NCBI GenBank assembly: GCA_947626045.1
Contig: CANQQS010000001.1
Location: 1-61,955 of the forward strand
DNA from: an uncultured Clostridia bacterium
GTDB lineage: Bacteria; Bacillota; Clostridia; UBA1381
Direction of reading: 5' to 3'
DNA: 61,955 bases
A program made the position numbers and the translations under genes. The notes beneath the pieces were generated by a model. It had not been told where the DNA came from. It saw only the letters and a list, made by a program, of their open reading frames with translations, and made no database searches. Within the stretch, counting starts at the first letter, position 1, and each line of letters starts with the position of its first letter. Of this stretch, positions 29,419-38,654 are shown one piece after another.

Positions 29419-31164
29419 ATGGCATTTGACGCTGCCGTGGTGCGCTGTCTGGTGAGGGAGCTTAGCGATACAATCATCGGCGGACGCATCGACAAAATAT
29501 ATCAGCCAGAAAAGGACGAAATAACGCTCGGTATACGGACGTTCGAGAATAATTTTAAGCTCGCGCTGTCGGCAAGCTCGGCTCACCCGCGCGCGCATTT
29601 TACGGACGCGTCCAAAAAAAATCCGCAGACCGCGCCGCTTTTTTGTATGCTTTTAAGAAAGCACATCGGCGGCGGCAAGATTACGGCTGTCGAGCAGGAC
29701 GGGTTCGAGAGAGTTATAAGGATTTCGGTCGAGAGCTATGACGAAATGGGTGATCTCACCACGAAGTACCTTATCGCCGAGATTATGGGCAGGCACTCGA
29801 ATATTATTCTGACCTCGAGCGATATGCGTATCATTGACTGTATAAAGCGCGTCGATTTTACCGTAAGCTCTGTGCGGCAGCTTTTGCCGGGACTGTATTA
29901 TGAGAGCGCGCCGCCGCAGAATAAAATTGATTTGACCGACATAGGCGAGACGGTCAGGATAGATTTTTCATCGCCTACGGAGTCTGCCGACAAGGCGGTG
30001 CTTTCGGCGGTGGCGGGTATAAGTCCGCTCACTGCGAGGGAAATCGTGTTCCGCGCGTTCGGCAGAACGGACGTGAGGTGCGCGGAGCTTACCGACAGCG
30101 GCAGGAATAAAATACTGTACGAGGTTGTGCGGCTCGCGAAGGCGGTAAGGGAAAACAAGTTCGAGCCGTGCATGATTACCGACGCGAAAACAGGCAAGCC
30201 TATGGATTTTTCGTCAACGCCGATTGAGCAGTACGGCGCGCTGGCTGAGATAAAAAAGTTCGACAGTATTTCAAAGCTGCTCGACGAGTTTTACACGTCG
30301 CGCGACATGCGCGAGCGTATGCGTCAAAAGAGCGCGGATCTTACGAAGCTGCTCGGGAATAATATAGAGCGTTTGTCAAAAAAAATTGTGATACTGCAAA
30401 AGACGCTTGCCGCGTCGAAGGATAAGGACAAGCACAAGATTTACGGCGACCTTATCACCGCGAACATTTACGCGATCGAGCAGGGCATGAAAGAATTTGA
30501 GGCAGTGAATTACTACGAGGACGGTTCGCCGACGGTGAAAATCACTCTCGACCCGTCGCTTACGCCGCCACAGAACGCGCAGCGGTATTACAAGCGTTAC
30601 AACAAGGCTAAAACCGCCGAGGTCGAGGCGGCGAAGCAAATTAAGGCGGCGGAGGCTGACCTTGAATATCTGGAGAGTACGCTCGCGGCTGCCGAAACTG
30701 CCGACAGCGCGGAGGATTTGAACGCGATTCGCGCGGAGCTTATGAATGAGGGGTATATCCCGAAGCGGCGCGACGGCAAAGGGCGTAAGCAGGCGGCGGC
30801 AAAGCCTCGGCATTTCGTTTCGTCCGACGGTTTTGATGTGTATATAGGAAGAAATAACACGCAGAACGATTATCTGACGCTTAAGTTCGCAAATTCGTCA
30901 GATTTGTGGTTCCACACGAAGAAGATACACGGCTCGCACGTTATCATAAAGCTCGGCGTTAATAAGGACGTGCCGCACAGTACGATACGCGAGGTTGCCG
31001 AGGCTGCGGCGTATTATTCAAAGGCGCGCGCGTCGTCGCAGGTGCCGGTCGATTATACGGTCGTCAAAAATGTTAAAAAGCCCAACGGCGCAAAACCCGG
31101 TATGGTGATTTACGACGGGTATAATACGATATACGTCACGCCAAGGGAACCGAAGGCAGAGTAG
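29419..31164 (+). CDS. rqcH: NFACT/NEMF family ribosome quality control protein (RqcH/FbpA)
   Basis: MAFD, KIYQP, EIMGRHSNIIL, NAQRYYKRYNK, GRNNTQND, GSHV, KKPNGAKPGMV. Confidence 0.92.
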   Translation: MAFDAAVVRCLVRELSDTIIGGRIDKIYQPEKDEITLGIRTFENNFKLALSASSAHPRAHFTDASKKNPQTAPLFCMLLRKHIGGGKITAVEQDGFERVIRISVESYDEMGDLTTKYLIAEIMGRHSNIILTSSDMRIIDCIKRVDFTVSSVRQLLPGLYYESAPPQNKIDLTDIGETVRIDFSSPTESADKAVLSAVAGISPLTAREIVFRAFGRTDVRCAELTDSGRNKILYEVVRLAKAVRENKFEPCMITDAKTGKPMDFSSTPIEQYGALAEIKKFDSISKLLDEFYTSRDMRERMRQKSADLTKLLGNNIERLSKKIVILQKTLAASKDKDKHKIYGDLITANIYAIEQGMKEFEAVNYYEDGSPTVKITLDPSLTPPQNAQRYYKRYNKAKTAEVEAAKQIKAAEADLEYLESTLAAAETADSAEDLNAIRAELMNEGYIPKRRDGKGRKQAAAKPRHFVSSDGFDVYIGRNNTQNDYLTLKFANSSDLWFHTKKIHGSHVIIKLGVNKDVPHSTIREVAEAAAYYSKARASSQVPVDYTVVKNVKKPNGAKPGMVIYDGYNTIYVTPREPKAE

Positions 31165-31194
31165 GTAACAGGCGTGGTTTGTGTTGTTAGAATA

Positions 31195-31326
31195 AAACCC
31201 CTCCGTCGGCTTTGTAAGCTATTGCTGCGCAATAGCACGCGCCGACACCTCCCCTATTAGGGGAGGCATACGGTGAGGCTCCCCTACTAGGGGAGCTGTC
31301 ACACGTAGTGTGACTGAGGGGTTTAT
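31195..31326. repeat. REP-like palindrome doublet between convergent genes, with a 28-nt hairpin inserted in the first unit
   Basis: Same two units as 2352-2530 and 13576-13750; extra GCTATTGC-TGC-GCAATAGC hairpin at 31218-31236. Confidence 0.88.
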
Positions 31327-31341
31327 GTGGGGTTCGTCTTT

Positions 31342-32751
31342 TTATTTTCGTATCAAGTCATAGACGGTATACTGTATATCCCGGCTGTCTTTAAGCATAT
31401 ATACAGCATACAAATACGGGACATAAGTCTTATTATTCCTCATAATCGGCGAATATTCCATGTCACGGTTTGCACCGCTGTTCGGCAATTCGCTACTGGG
31501 GTTGTAAACCAGTTGCTTTTTGCCGATCTCCAGTTCAAATCTGTCATCGTCATGATCATAATTATTGCCGAGAAAAACCGTTATTTTCCCGTTATCCCGG
31601 TTTATATAGGCCGTATCGTCCTCCATCACACCAACCTTTTCAAATGTTTCACGCAGCGGCAGATAGACGGTATTGTTTTCGATAAACGGCTTGTTTACAA
31701 GTTCAATTTTTTCACCGTTGTTCGTAATTTCAATCGTGTAGTCGTCTGCCGTCAAATCGGATATTACGCCGCTTGCAAATACGGTTGTGGTGAGAAGCGC
31801 GGCGGCTAAGAGTACGGACACGACTGCGGCGGCTTTGCTTGTTTTCTTCCTGTTCTTAATCATTTCAAATCTCCTTTTTAACGCCTTTTTGCTGCCCGTC
31901 ATTCCCGTTGTGAGATTAGCCGCGCTCCGTCCGGCGGGCAAAAGTGAGAGGATTGTGTTCACGTAGCTTTGTTCCTCCTCCGCGCTCATTTCTCTTACAA
32001 CCGACAGGTCGCAGGAAATTTCACATTCCGCGTTGATTTGCCGCGTCACGTAATAGATTACGGGGTTGAACCAATGCACACATTTTACAATTACTGCAAA
32101 CCATTTGTATAAAATATCCTTCCGCTTAATGTGCGTCATTTCGTGGCGCAGAATGTTACGGAGCTGTTCCGCCGTAAGCTCCGCTTTCGGCAATACGAGC
32201 GTCGGCTTGAAAACCCCGACAGTAAACGGTGAGGACGTGCTGCCCCATACCCTGACCGTAACCCTTTTATCCGTAAAATTTGCAATTTCGGGGCATGGCA
32301 CAACGACGGAGCCTCGGTGCAGTTTGACAAGCAGCCGTATGTAACCGATGATGTTGAAAAGGAAAAACGCAGCCGCACCGATGAGCCACAAAAGAGCAAA
32401 AAGGTCGAGCTTGCCGTCGATTATTCCTTTGACGCGCGTCATTTCCGATTGGATTAAATTCGACTTGTCCGTGACCGCCGCCGCAGCGGCAGTTGGCTGT
32501 ACCGCGTTCGTTTCAGTGGTCTGTTCGGCTGATGTCGATTGCGCCGTATAAGCCGGCGCGGGTTCGGCTTTTCGCGGCGCGGCAAAACGAACCGGCAGCA
32601 TCATTGCCAAAAGTACGGCAAGCCAGATATAATACCGCCACGAGGCGGAGAAAATCTTTTTCGTTACGGGTTTCAAAAGCGCGATAACCGCCGCGAGACA
32701 CGAGCCCGCGAGCGATGTTATCAGAAACGCTGTGAATATTTCGGCCGGCAT
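31342..32751 (-). CDS. M56 family (BlaR1-like) membrane metallopeptidase with C-terminal stalk-like extracellular domain
   Basis: HEMTH, HWFNP, ECEISCD, LKRRF; then TM and NTVYLPLRE / KTYVP stalk-domain motifs. Confidence 0.88.
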   Translation of the reverse strand: MPAEIFTAFLITSLAGSCLAAVIALLKPVTKKIFSASWRYYIWLAVLLAMMLPVRFAAPRKAEPAPAYTAQSTSAEQTTETNAVQPTAAAAAVTDKSNLIQSEMTRVKGIIDGKLDLFALLWLIGAAAFFLFNIIGYIRLLVKLHRGSVVVPCPEIANFTDKRVTVRVWGSTSSPFTVGVFKPTLVLPKAELTAEQLRNILRHEMTHIKRKDILYKWFAVIVKCVHWFNPVIYYVTRQINAECEISCDLSVVREMSAEEEQSYVNTILSLLPAGRSAANLTTGMTGSKKALKRRFEMIKNRKKTSKAAAVVSVLLAAALLTTTVFASGVISDLTADDYTIEITNNGEKIELVNKPFIENNTVYLPLRETFEKVGVMEDDTAYINRDNGKITVFLGNNYDHDDDRFELEIGKKQLVYNPSSELPNSGANRDMEYSPIMRNNKTYVPYLYAVYMLKDSRDIQYTVYDLIRK

Positions 32752-32753
32752 TG

Positions 32754-33125
32754 TTATTTCTCCTTTTTGTCAAAAACCGCCTTCAGTTCCTCTATGTCCT
32801 CGTCGGTAAAGTTCTCGCCTTCAAAAAGAGCGGCGACCATTTCCTTTGCCGAGCCGTCGAAAAGGTTTTTGACAATTCCGCTGACGCGCTGCTTCTTATA
32901 TTCCTTTTCGGAAATGAGCGGCGTGTAATACAACGCCTTGCCGCGCTGCTCGGCGGCAAGCGCGCCCTTTTCGCAAAGACGCGCAAGGAAGGTCGCTATA
33001 GTCGTGCGCTTCCAGCCCTTTGCCTCGACCGCTTTACCTATTGCGGCGGAGCCTATCGGCTCGTCCGCTCTCCATACGGCTTTCATGATTTCAAGCTCCG
33101 CGTCACCTATACTTAAATTTTTCAT
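32754..33125 (-). CDS. BlaI/MecI/CopY family repressor
   Basis: Start re-set to MKNLSIGDAELEIMKAVW with RBS GGAGG; WKRTTIATFLARL..KG, YTPLISE, LFDGS. Confidence 0.92.
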   Translation of the reverse strand: MKNLSIGDAELEIMKAVWRADEPIGSAAIGKAVEAKGWKRTTIATFLARLCEKGALAAEQRGKALYYTPLISEKEYKKQRVSGIVKNLFDGSAKEMVAALFEGENFTDEDIEELKAVFDKKEK

Positions 33126-33143
33126 AAGGCATACCTCCATTAT

Positions 33144-33194
33144 CTCTACATTTGTCGACATATACAGTCTACCATAGTAGACGTTATTTGTCAA
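33144..33194 (-). promoter_or_regulatory. Promoter with two BlaI/CopY-type operator palindromes
   Basis: TTGACA-17-TAGACT on the minus strand. GTCTAC-CATA-GTAGAC (33167-33182) overlaps the -10; degenerate copy CTCTAC-ATTT-GTCGAC (33144-33159). Confidence 0.75.
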
Positions 33195-33223
33195 GTGTAA
33201 TTTTTAAAATTTTTCGAAAACGC

Positions 33224-33255
33224 AAAAGCTTGCGGACAAATGTCCGCAAGCTTTT
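33224..33255. terminator. Intrinsic terminator after amt
   Basis: AAAAGCTTGCGGACA-AA-TGTCCGCAAGCTTTT. Confidence 0.8.
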
Positions 33256-33291
33256 TTGGGTGGTTATATATGTCAATCTCGCATGGAGAGA

Positions 33292-34578
33292 TTAACCTAA
33301 GTTTTCGTTGTATGACTTTACAAAGTCGGGGTAAGCCGAAGGCAGTCCGTGCTCTGTGGAGTCAAGACCCTTGATTTCGTCCTGAGGCTTAGCTCTCAAG
33401 ATGCCCGCCTCCTTAAGTATCAGGAACAGTGCGCCCGAAGTGAGCACAGCCCAAGCGATAAGGCATACCGCGCCGAGAGCCTGTACGCCGAGAGCGTGGA
33501 AGCCGCCGCCGTAGAACAGTCCGGGAAGGAAGCCTTCGCCCAAAAGTGCGGGGTCGCTCGCGAACAAGCCTACCGAGATAGTACCCCAAAGTCCGCATAC
33601 TCCGTGAACGCTTATTGCGCCGACAGGGTCGTCAACATGGAGCTTCGCGTCGATGAACGGAATTGCGAGGCACATCAGCACGCCGCCGACAAAGCCTATG
33701 ATAATCGAAGCGAACGGTGATACGACATCGCAGGGAGCCGTAATCGCAACAAGTCCGCCGAGGATACCGTTGAGCGTCATCGAAACATCGGGCTTGCCGT
33801 AACGGAACCATGTAAAGAACATTGACGTGATAGCCGCCGTGCAGGCTGCAAGGTTGGTTGTGATGAATACCTTAGCCGCAACCTCAAGTCCGCCGCCCGA
33901 CAGTCCGCCGGTTGAAGCGGGGTTAAATCCAAACCAACCCACCCAGAGGATAAGCACGCCGAGTGCACCGATAAGAATGTTGTGACCCGGGATAGCGTTC
34001 GGCTTTCCGTCCTTTCTGTACTTGCCGATTCTCGGTCCTAAGATAGCTGCGCCGACAAACGACATTGTGCCGCCGAGCATATGTACGATAGCCGAACCGG
34101 CGAAATCGTGGAAGCCCATTTCGGCGAGCCAGCCGCCGCCCCATACCCAGTGACCCGCAATCGGGTAGATAAAGAGCGAGATGCACGCGCTGTAAATGCA
34201 GTAAGCTCTGAAATCCGTTCTGCCCGCAACCGCGCCCGATACGATCGTTGCCGAGGTCGCGCAGAATACAGTCTGGAAGAACAGCTTGGTGTAATCCATG
34301 TTAGCCGCCGCCGAAAAGCCGTTCATAAACATGTCGCCGAAAGGAATACCGATAAAGCCGTTGCCCTCGCCGTACATGAGTCCGTAGCCGATAATCCAGT
34401 AAACGATTGAGCCGAACATAAAGTCAACGATGTTCTTCATTATAATGTTACCTGTGTTCTTGCTTCTCGTAAAGCCCGCCTCAACCATTGTAAAGCCGGT
34501 CTGCATGAAGAATACGAGTATGCCGCCCAGAAACAACCAAAAACAATCCACAATATGCGTTAAAACTTCCATAGTCAT
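33292..34578 (-). CDS. amt: Ammonium transporter
   Basis: DFAGSAIVH, LGPRIG, GWFGFN, DDPVGAISVHG. Confidence 0.96.
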   Translation of the reverse strand: MTMEVLTHIVDCFWLFLGGILVFFMQTGFTMVEAGFTRSKNTGNIIMKNIVDFMFGSIVYWIIGYGLMYGEGNGFIGIPFGDMFMNGFSAAANMDYTKLFFQTVFCATSATIVSGAVAGRTDFRAYCIYSACISLFIYPIAGHWVWGGGWLAEMGFHDFAGSAIVHMLGGTMSFVGAAILGPRIGKYRKDGKPNAIPGHNILIGALGVLILWVGWFGFNPASTGGLSGGGLEVAAKVFITTNLAACTAAITSMFFTWFRYGKPDVSMTLNGILGGLVAITAPCDVVSPFASIIIGFVGGVLMCLAIPFIDAKLHVDDPVGAISVHGVCGLWGTISVGLFASDPALLGEGFLPGLFYGGGFHALGVQALGAVCLIAWAVLTSGALFLILKEAGILRAKPQDEIKGLDSTEHGLPSAYPDFVKSYNENLG

Positions 34579-34612
34579 AATTAATCAGTCCCTCTTTCTG
34601 TCCCAATTTGCG

Positions 34613-34963
34613 TTACAGTAACGCTTCTCTGTCCTCTTCGCCGGTTCTTACCTTTATAACGCGCGATACGCTCGAAATAAAGATTTTTCCGTCTCCGATT
34701 TCCCCCGTACGCAATACAGCGAGCGCGGTGTTTACAACGTCGTCGACCGGTACGGAGCATACTACCATTTCAACCTTTACCTTCGGGAGAAGGTCTACAT
34801 TGTATTCAACGCCCCTGTAATGGTGGCGCTGTCCCTTCTGTACGCCGTAGCCCATTACGTTCGTCACGGTCATGCCGTTGATGCCGATTTCGTTGAGCGC
34901 GTTCTTGAGTTCTTCGAGCTTCGACTGCCTTGTAATGATTTCGATTTTTGTCATTTCAGCCAT
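34613..34963 (-). CDS. P-II family nitrogen regulator (GlnK/GlnB)
   Basis: GYGVQKG, YRGVEY T-loop, LPKVKVE, RTGEIGDGKIF, VRTGE. Confidence 0.95.
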   Translation of the reverse strand: MAEMTKIEIITRQSKLEELKNALNEIGINGMTVTNVMGYGVQKGQRHHYRGVEYNVDLLPKVKVEMVVCSVPVDDVVNTALAVLRTGEIGDGKIFISSVSRVIKVRTGEEDREALL

Positions 34964-34992
34964 GACAAATTTCCCCTTTCTTTTCCGAACAT

Positions 34993-35101
34993 AAAAGCGT
35001 GTTCCCCCCTTTTCCGGGAGAACACGCCCTTGTGTTCGTATGATTATTTAAAGAAAAGAAAAAGCGTGTCCGCAATCTACATTGCAAACACGCCTTTGTG
35101 C
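34993..35101 (-). promoter_or_regulatory. Leader with two tandem terminators, each overlapped by an ANTAR-type hairpin
   Basis: Minus-strand hairpins GCAC-AAAGGC-GTGT and GAACAC-AAGGGC-GTGTTC have 6-nt loops with A1/G4. Each shares its 3' arm with a terminator stem ending in a U-tract. Confidence 0.72.
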
Positions 35102-35121
35102 TTTTCCTTAACTTCACCTGT

Positions 35122-35150
35122 ATTATACGCCGACCGGTTTTATTTGTCAA
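35122..35150 (-). promoter_or_regulatory. Consensus sigma-A promoter of P-II/amt operon
   Basis: TTGACA-17-TATAAT exact match on the minus strand. Confidence 0.88.
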
Positions 35151-35282
35151 CCGTAATTTTTATTTTTATTAAATCGGTAAAAATTACGCGCCGTGAACCG
35201 AATAATTTTATGTAATCTTTACAACGCGCGTGAATTATAAATAAAAAATGCGCATAGAATACATTGTGAGAGGTGATAAATT

Positions 35283-35750
35283 ATGTGGCAAAAAATTAAG
35301 CCGTACGTTATATCTATCGCGATAGCGCTCGCAGTTGGCGGGCTGTCGGCTGTGTTTACGAGCGGCAATATGAATATGTACGATACGCTTAACCGTCCCC
35401 CGCTGTCGCCGCCGATGTGGCTCTTCCCCGTCGTGTGGTCGGTTTTGTTTATCCTTATGGGCGTGTCGGGTGCGATGGTGTACGTTAAGAAAAACGAAAC
35501 GGACGTGTCGGGCGCGCTTAAAATTTACGGCTTGCAGCTTATCGTAAACTTTTTCTGGAGCATTATTTTCTTTAATATGCGCGCGTACCTTTTCGCGGTC
35601 GTGTGGCTCGCGCTTTTGTGGATTTTAATTCTTATTATGATAATAAGCTTCCGTAAAATTAAGCCGCTTGCGGGGTATCTGCAAATACCGTATCTGGTGT
35701 GGGTGAGCTTCGCGCTGTATCTGACCGTGATGATTTATTTGCTTAACTGA
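35283..35750 (+). CDS. TspO/MBR family tryptophan-rich sensory protein
   Basis: YDTLNRPPLSPP, FPVVWSVL, NFFWSIIFF, IPYLVWVSFA. Confidence 0.9.
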   Translation: MWQKIKPYVISIAIALAVGGLSAVFTSGNMNMYDTLNRPPLSPPMWLFPVVWSVLFILMGVSGAMVYVKKNETDVSGALKIYGLQLIVNFFWSIIFFNMRAYLFAVVWLALLWILILIMIISFRKIKPLAGYLQIPYLVWVSFALYLTVMIYLLN

Positions 35751-35757
35751 TTAAGAA

Positions 35758-35797
35758 AAAAAGGCTCGCCGGGATAAAATACCGAGTGAGCCTTTTT
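35758..35797. terminator. Bidirectional terminator between convergent genes
   Basis: AAAAAGGCTC...GAGCCTTTTT. Confidence 0.7.
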
Positions 35798-35804
35798 GAT
35801 TGTT

Positions 35805-38210
35805 CTATTGATTTGATGTGTTTTCATTCGTCGGTTCGGGCGCTGTCACCGCCGTCTGCGTGGGTGCTTTTGTTCCCGTGATGACCGACACCTTTGACGG
35901 TGCTTTTGCGGGCGTTTTGAACGGGTTGTGTATGTGTTCAAACAGCCGCGTAAGATTGCGCATTACCGATTCCACCGCCAGCACAAACAGTATGCCGAGT
36001 ATCAGCATTTGTGTCGATACCATGTGAATCTCAAACAGATCACTGAAGCACAGCGCCGTAATAACAATTCCGGCTATGCTTATCGCTATCACGATAATGC
36101 GGTAGCGGTTCTGCGGTCTTGATATGTTGAGCAGAAGTATAAATCCTCCTATCGCAAGAAGACACGTACTCGCGACGCCTATATCACTTGCGGACAGATT
36201 GAACAGCTTGCCCAGGAGCACCATCGACGCTATCGCCGCAAACGACGCGAGCGCAGCCGGTATGGATTTCACAACTACCTCTTTCATAAAGCGTCCCTTT
36301 TGCTTCTTTATGTTCGCCTCGAGCGCGAGTAAAAATCCCGGTATGCCTATATTGAACGCCGATATGAGCGATATTTGCGATGGCGATAGCGGGTATGTTA
36401 TTGCCGTTAGTATCGAGAACAGCGCCAAAAGCAGCGAGAATATGTTTTTGAACAGGAACAGCACCGCCGAGCGCGTAATGTTGTTTATATCGCGTCTGCC
36501 TTCCGATATTATGTCAACCATTCGTGAGAAGTCGGAGTCGAGCAGTACCACCTGTGCCGCCTGCATTGCCGCTTCGCTGCCCGCGCCCATAGCTATGGAG
36601 CAGTCCGCTTCCTTCATCGCGAGTATATCGTTTACACCGTCGCCAGTCATGGCTACCTTATTGCCCTGCGCGCGGAACGCGAGTATGAGTTTCTTCTTCT
36701 GCTCCGGCTTTACACGTCCGAATATTGTGTATTTGCTTGCCGCGTCCGCTATATCCTTATCCTCCACCAGCGACATGTCAACATACTTGTCGGCGTTTTC
36801 TATGCCCGCCGATTTGGCTATATTCGACACGGTTACGGGGTTGTCGCCCGATATTACTCTTATTCCGACTTCCTGCTCTTTGAAGTAGTTAAACGTCTGC
36901 TCCACGTTCGGACGCAGGTTGTTTTTAATACTCACAAACATTATCGGTGCAAACGGTCCGTTTTCGGTTTCGGATTTCGCGAACACTATCACTCTCAGTC
37001 CCGACTGCGCTCTCTCGTCCATAGCCTGCCTGTATTGCTCGCACGTTCCGCCGTCAAGCACAAACTCCGGCGCGCCGAGCCTGTATACAGTGTCTGACGT
37101 TATAATCTGCGAAAACTTCTGCTTCGACGAAAACGGCATCATTTGTTCGTACAAAAGCGCCGACGCGCCGCCGAAAAAGTCACGGAGCGCGGTCATGGTA
37201 ATGTTGTTGTCCGTTATGGTTGAAATGTAGCGAGCAAAGAGCTGCTTAACATCGTTTCCGACAGTGCCGCCGTCGGGAGCGAATGTTTCCGTTACGGTCA
37301 TTTTATTGTCGGTTATCGTGCCGGTCTTGTCCACGCACAGTATGTCAACGCGCGCGAGTGTTTCCGTGCTTCTCATGTCGTGCAGAAGCACCTTCGAGCG
37401 TGCAAGACGCAGCGCGCTCAATGTAAGCGCAGCGGTAACGAGCAGGTAAAGTCCTTCGGGTATCATGCCGACTACAGCGCCGACCATTGAAAGAATACTC
37501 TCCGTGAATGAATTGTGGTTTACGATAAACGACTGGCAGAACAGCGCGATGCCTATCGGTATTATAACTATACCGGCAACCTTTACGATTGTGTCAATGC
37601 CGTTTACCATTTCGGACTTCTTGTCCTTTATTTCCTTCGCCTGTTTCATCAGTTTTGCGGCGTAAGAGTCCTTGCCAACATGAGTAAGGCGCGCGTAACA
37701 CCTGCCCGCCGCGACGAAGCTTCCGGATCTAAGCTCACTGTTCGCCGTCTTCTCTATCTCGTCCGCCTCGCCCGTAAGCAGCGCTTCGCTTACCATGAGT
37801 TTGCCCTCTACAAGTACCGCATCGGCAGGTATTTGTTTGCCACCCTCAAGAATTATTATATCTCCAAGCACGAGGTCGTCGGCATGGACTGTCACCTCTT
37901 TGCCGTTTCTTATAACCTTGTATTCCGACGCGGCGAGCAGCGACAGCTTGTCAAGCACCGATTTGGCTTTAAGCTGCTGCACTATTCCGATTACCGCGTT
38001 TACCACAACGACCGGCAGGAATGTCAGATTGCGGAACGAACCCGTTATCGCGACAAGTACGCCGAGTACCGCAAAAATTATGTTAAAATATGTAAAAACA
38101 TTCGATAATATTATTTCCTTTACGCTCTTGGCTGACTGGTCGGGTACGATGTTGACGTTGCCCGCCTCTATCTGCTGTCTGACCTGCGCGTCTGTAAGTC
38201 CGTTTATCAT
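35805..38210 (-). CDS. Cation-transporting P-type ATPase (CtpE-like, HAD-IC)
   Basis: LTGE, IPEGL, DKTGT phosphorylation site, SGDN, TGDGVND. Confidence 0.92.
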   Translation of the reverse strand: MINGLTDAQVRQQIEAGNVNIVPDQSAKSVKEIILSNVFTYFNIIFAVLGVLVAITGSFRNLTFLPVVVVNAVIGIVQQLKAKSVLDKLSLLAASEYKVIRNGKEVTVHADDLVLGDIIILEGGKQIPADAVLVEGKLMVSEALLTGEADEIEKTANSELRSGSFVAAGRCYARLTHVGKDSYAAKLMKQAKEIKDKKSEMVNGIDTIVKVAGIVIIPIGIALFCQSFIVNHNSFTESILSMVGAVVGMIPEGLYLLVTAALTLSALRLARSKVLLHDMRSTETLARVDILCVDKTGTITDNKMTVTETFAPDGGTVGNDVKQLFARYISTITDNNITMTALRDFFGGASALLYEQMMPFSSKQKFSQIITSDTVYRLGAPEFVLDGGTCEQYRQAMDERAQSGLRVIVFAKSETENGPFAPIMFVSIKNNLRPNVEQTFNYFKEQEVGIRVISGDNPVTVSNIAKSAGIENADKYVDMSLVEDKDIADAASKYTIFGRVKPEQKKKLILAFRAQGNKVAMTGDGVNDILAMKEADCSIAMGAGSEAAMQAAQVVLLDSDFSRMVDIISEGRRDINNITRSAVLFLFKNIFSLLLALFSILTAITYPLSPSQISLISAFNIGIPGFLLALEANIKKQKGRFMKEVVVKSIPAALASFAAIASMVLLGKLFNLSASDIGVASTCLLAIGGFILLLNISRPQNRYRIIVIAISIAGIVITALCFSDLFEIHMVSTQMLILGILFVLAVESVMRNLTRLFEHIHNPFKTPAKAPSKVSVITGTKAPTQTAVTAPEPTNENTSNQ

Positions 38211-38355
38211 GTCATTCTCCTTTTTTTGCTTTTATCGACATTATTTTACCATTAAATACACGATTTGTAAAGACTAAAAAACAGACCGGCACATATAGCG
38301 CCCGCCTGCTTTAGTATCGGTGTATTTCGCTTGTTTTATACCAACGCGAATGTGG

Positions 38356-38384
38356 TTGACAATTCGATCACAAGCAGGTATAAT
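38356..38384 (+). promoter_or_regulatory. Consensus sigma-A promoter of small gene
   Basis: TTGACA-17-TATAAT exact match. Confidence 0.85.
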
Positions 38385-38433
38385 ATGTGTAAGGGGTGAT
38401 ACGGTGGCACTCGAAAACCGGGAGGTATGACCT

Positions 38434-38583
38434 ATGGAAGATTTTTTAGATGACAGAGTAATTATTCCAGATGATATTAAGAGAATGTCTGACAAGGAGT
38501 TAGACGCTGAAATTGCCAGACTTGAAGCAAAGGCTGCGGCAGAGCGTCAGCGTAAAATAACGGAGCAGAAAAAGGCAAGCTGA
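38434..38583 (+). CDS. Small hypothetical protein, 49 aa (below ORF-track cutoff)
   Basis: MEDFLDDRVIIPDDIKRMSDKELDAEIARLEAKAAAERQRKITEQKKAS; RBS GGAGGT, own promoter and terminator. Confidence 0.75.
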   Translation: MEDFLDDRVIIPDDIKRMSDKELDAEIARLEAKAAAERQRKITEQKKAS

Positions 38584-38597
38584 AAATCAAGTTACAG

Positions 38598-38631
38598 CAC
38601 AAAAGCACATCGGAAACGATGTGCTTTTGTG
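38598..38631. terminator. Bidirectional intrinsic terminator
   Basis: CACAAAAGCACATCG-GAAA-CGATGTGCTTTTGTG. Confidence 0.8.
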
Positions 38632-38654
38632 TGCTTTTTCTTTAAATTGTTCGT

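Noticed and set aside
38274-38495. 73-aa minus-strand ORF
   Set aside because: Overlaps the better-supported plus-strand promoter, RBS and 49-aa gene.
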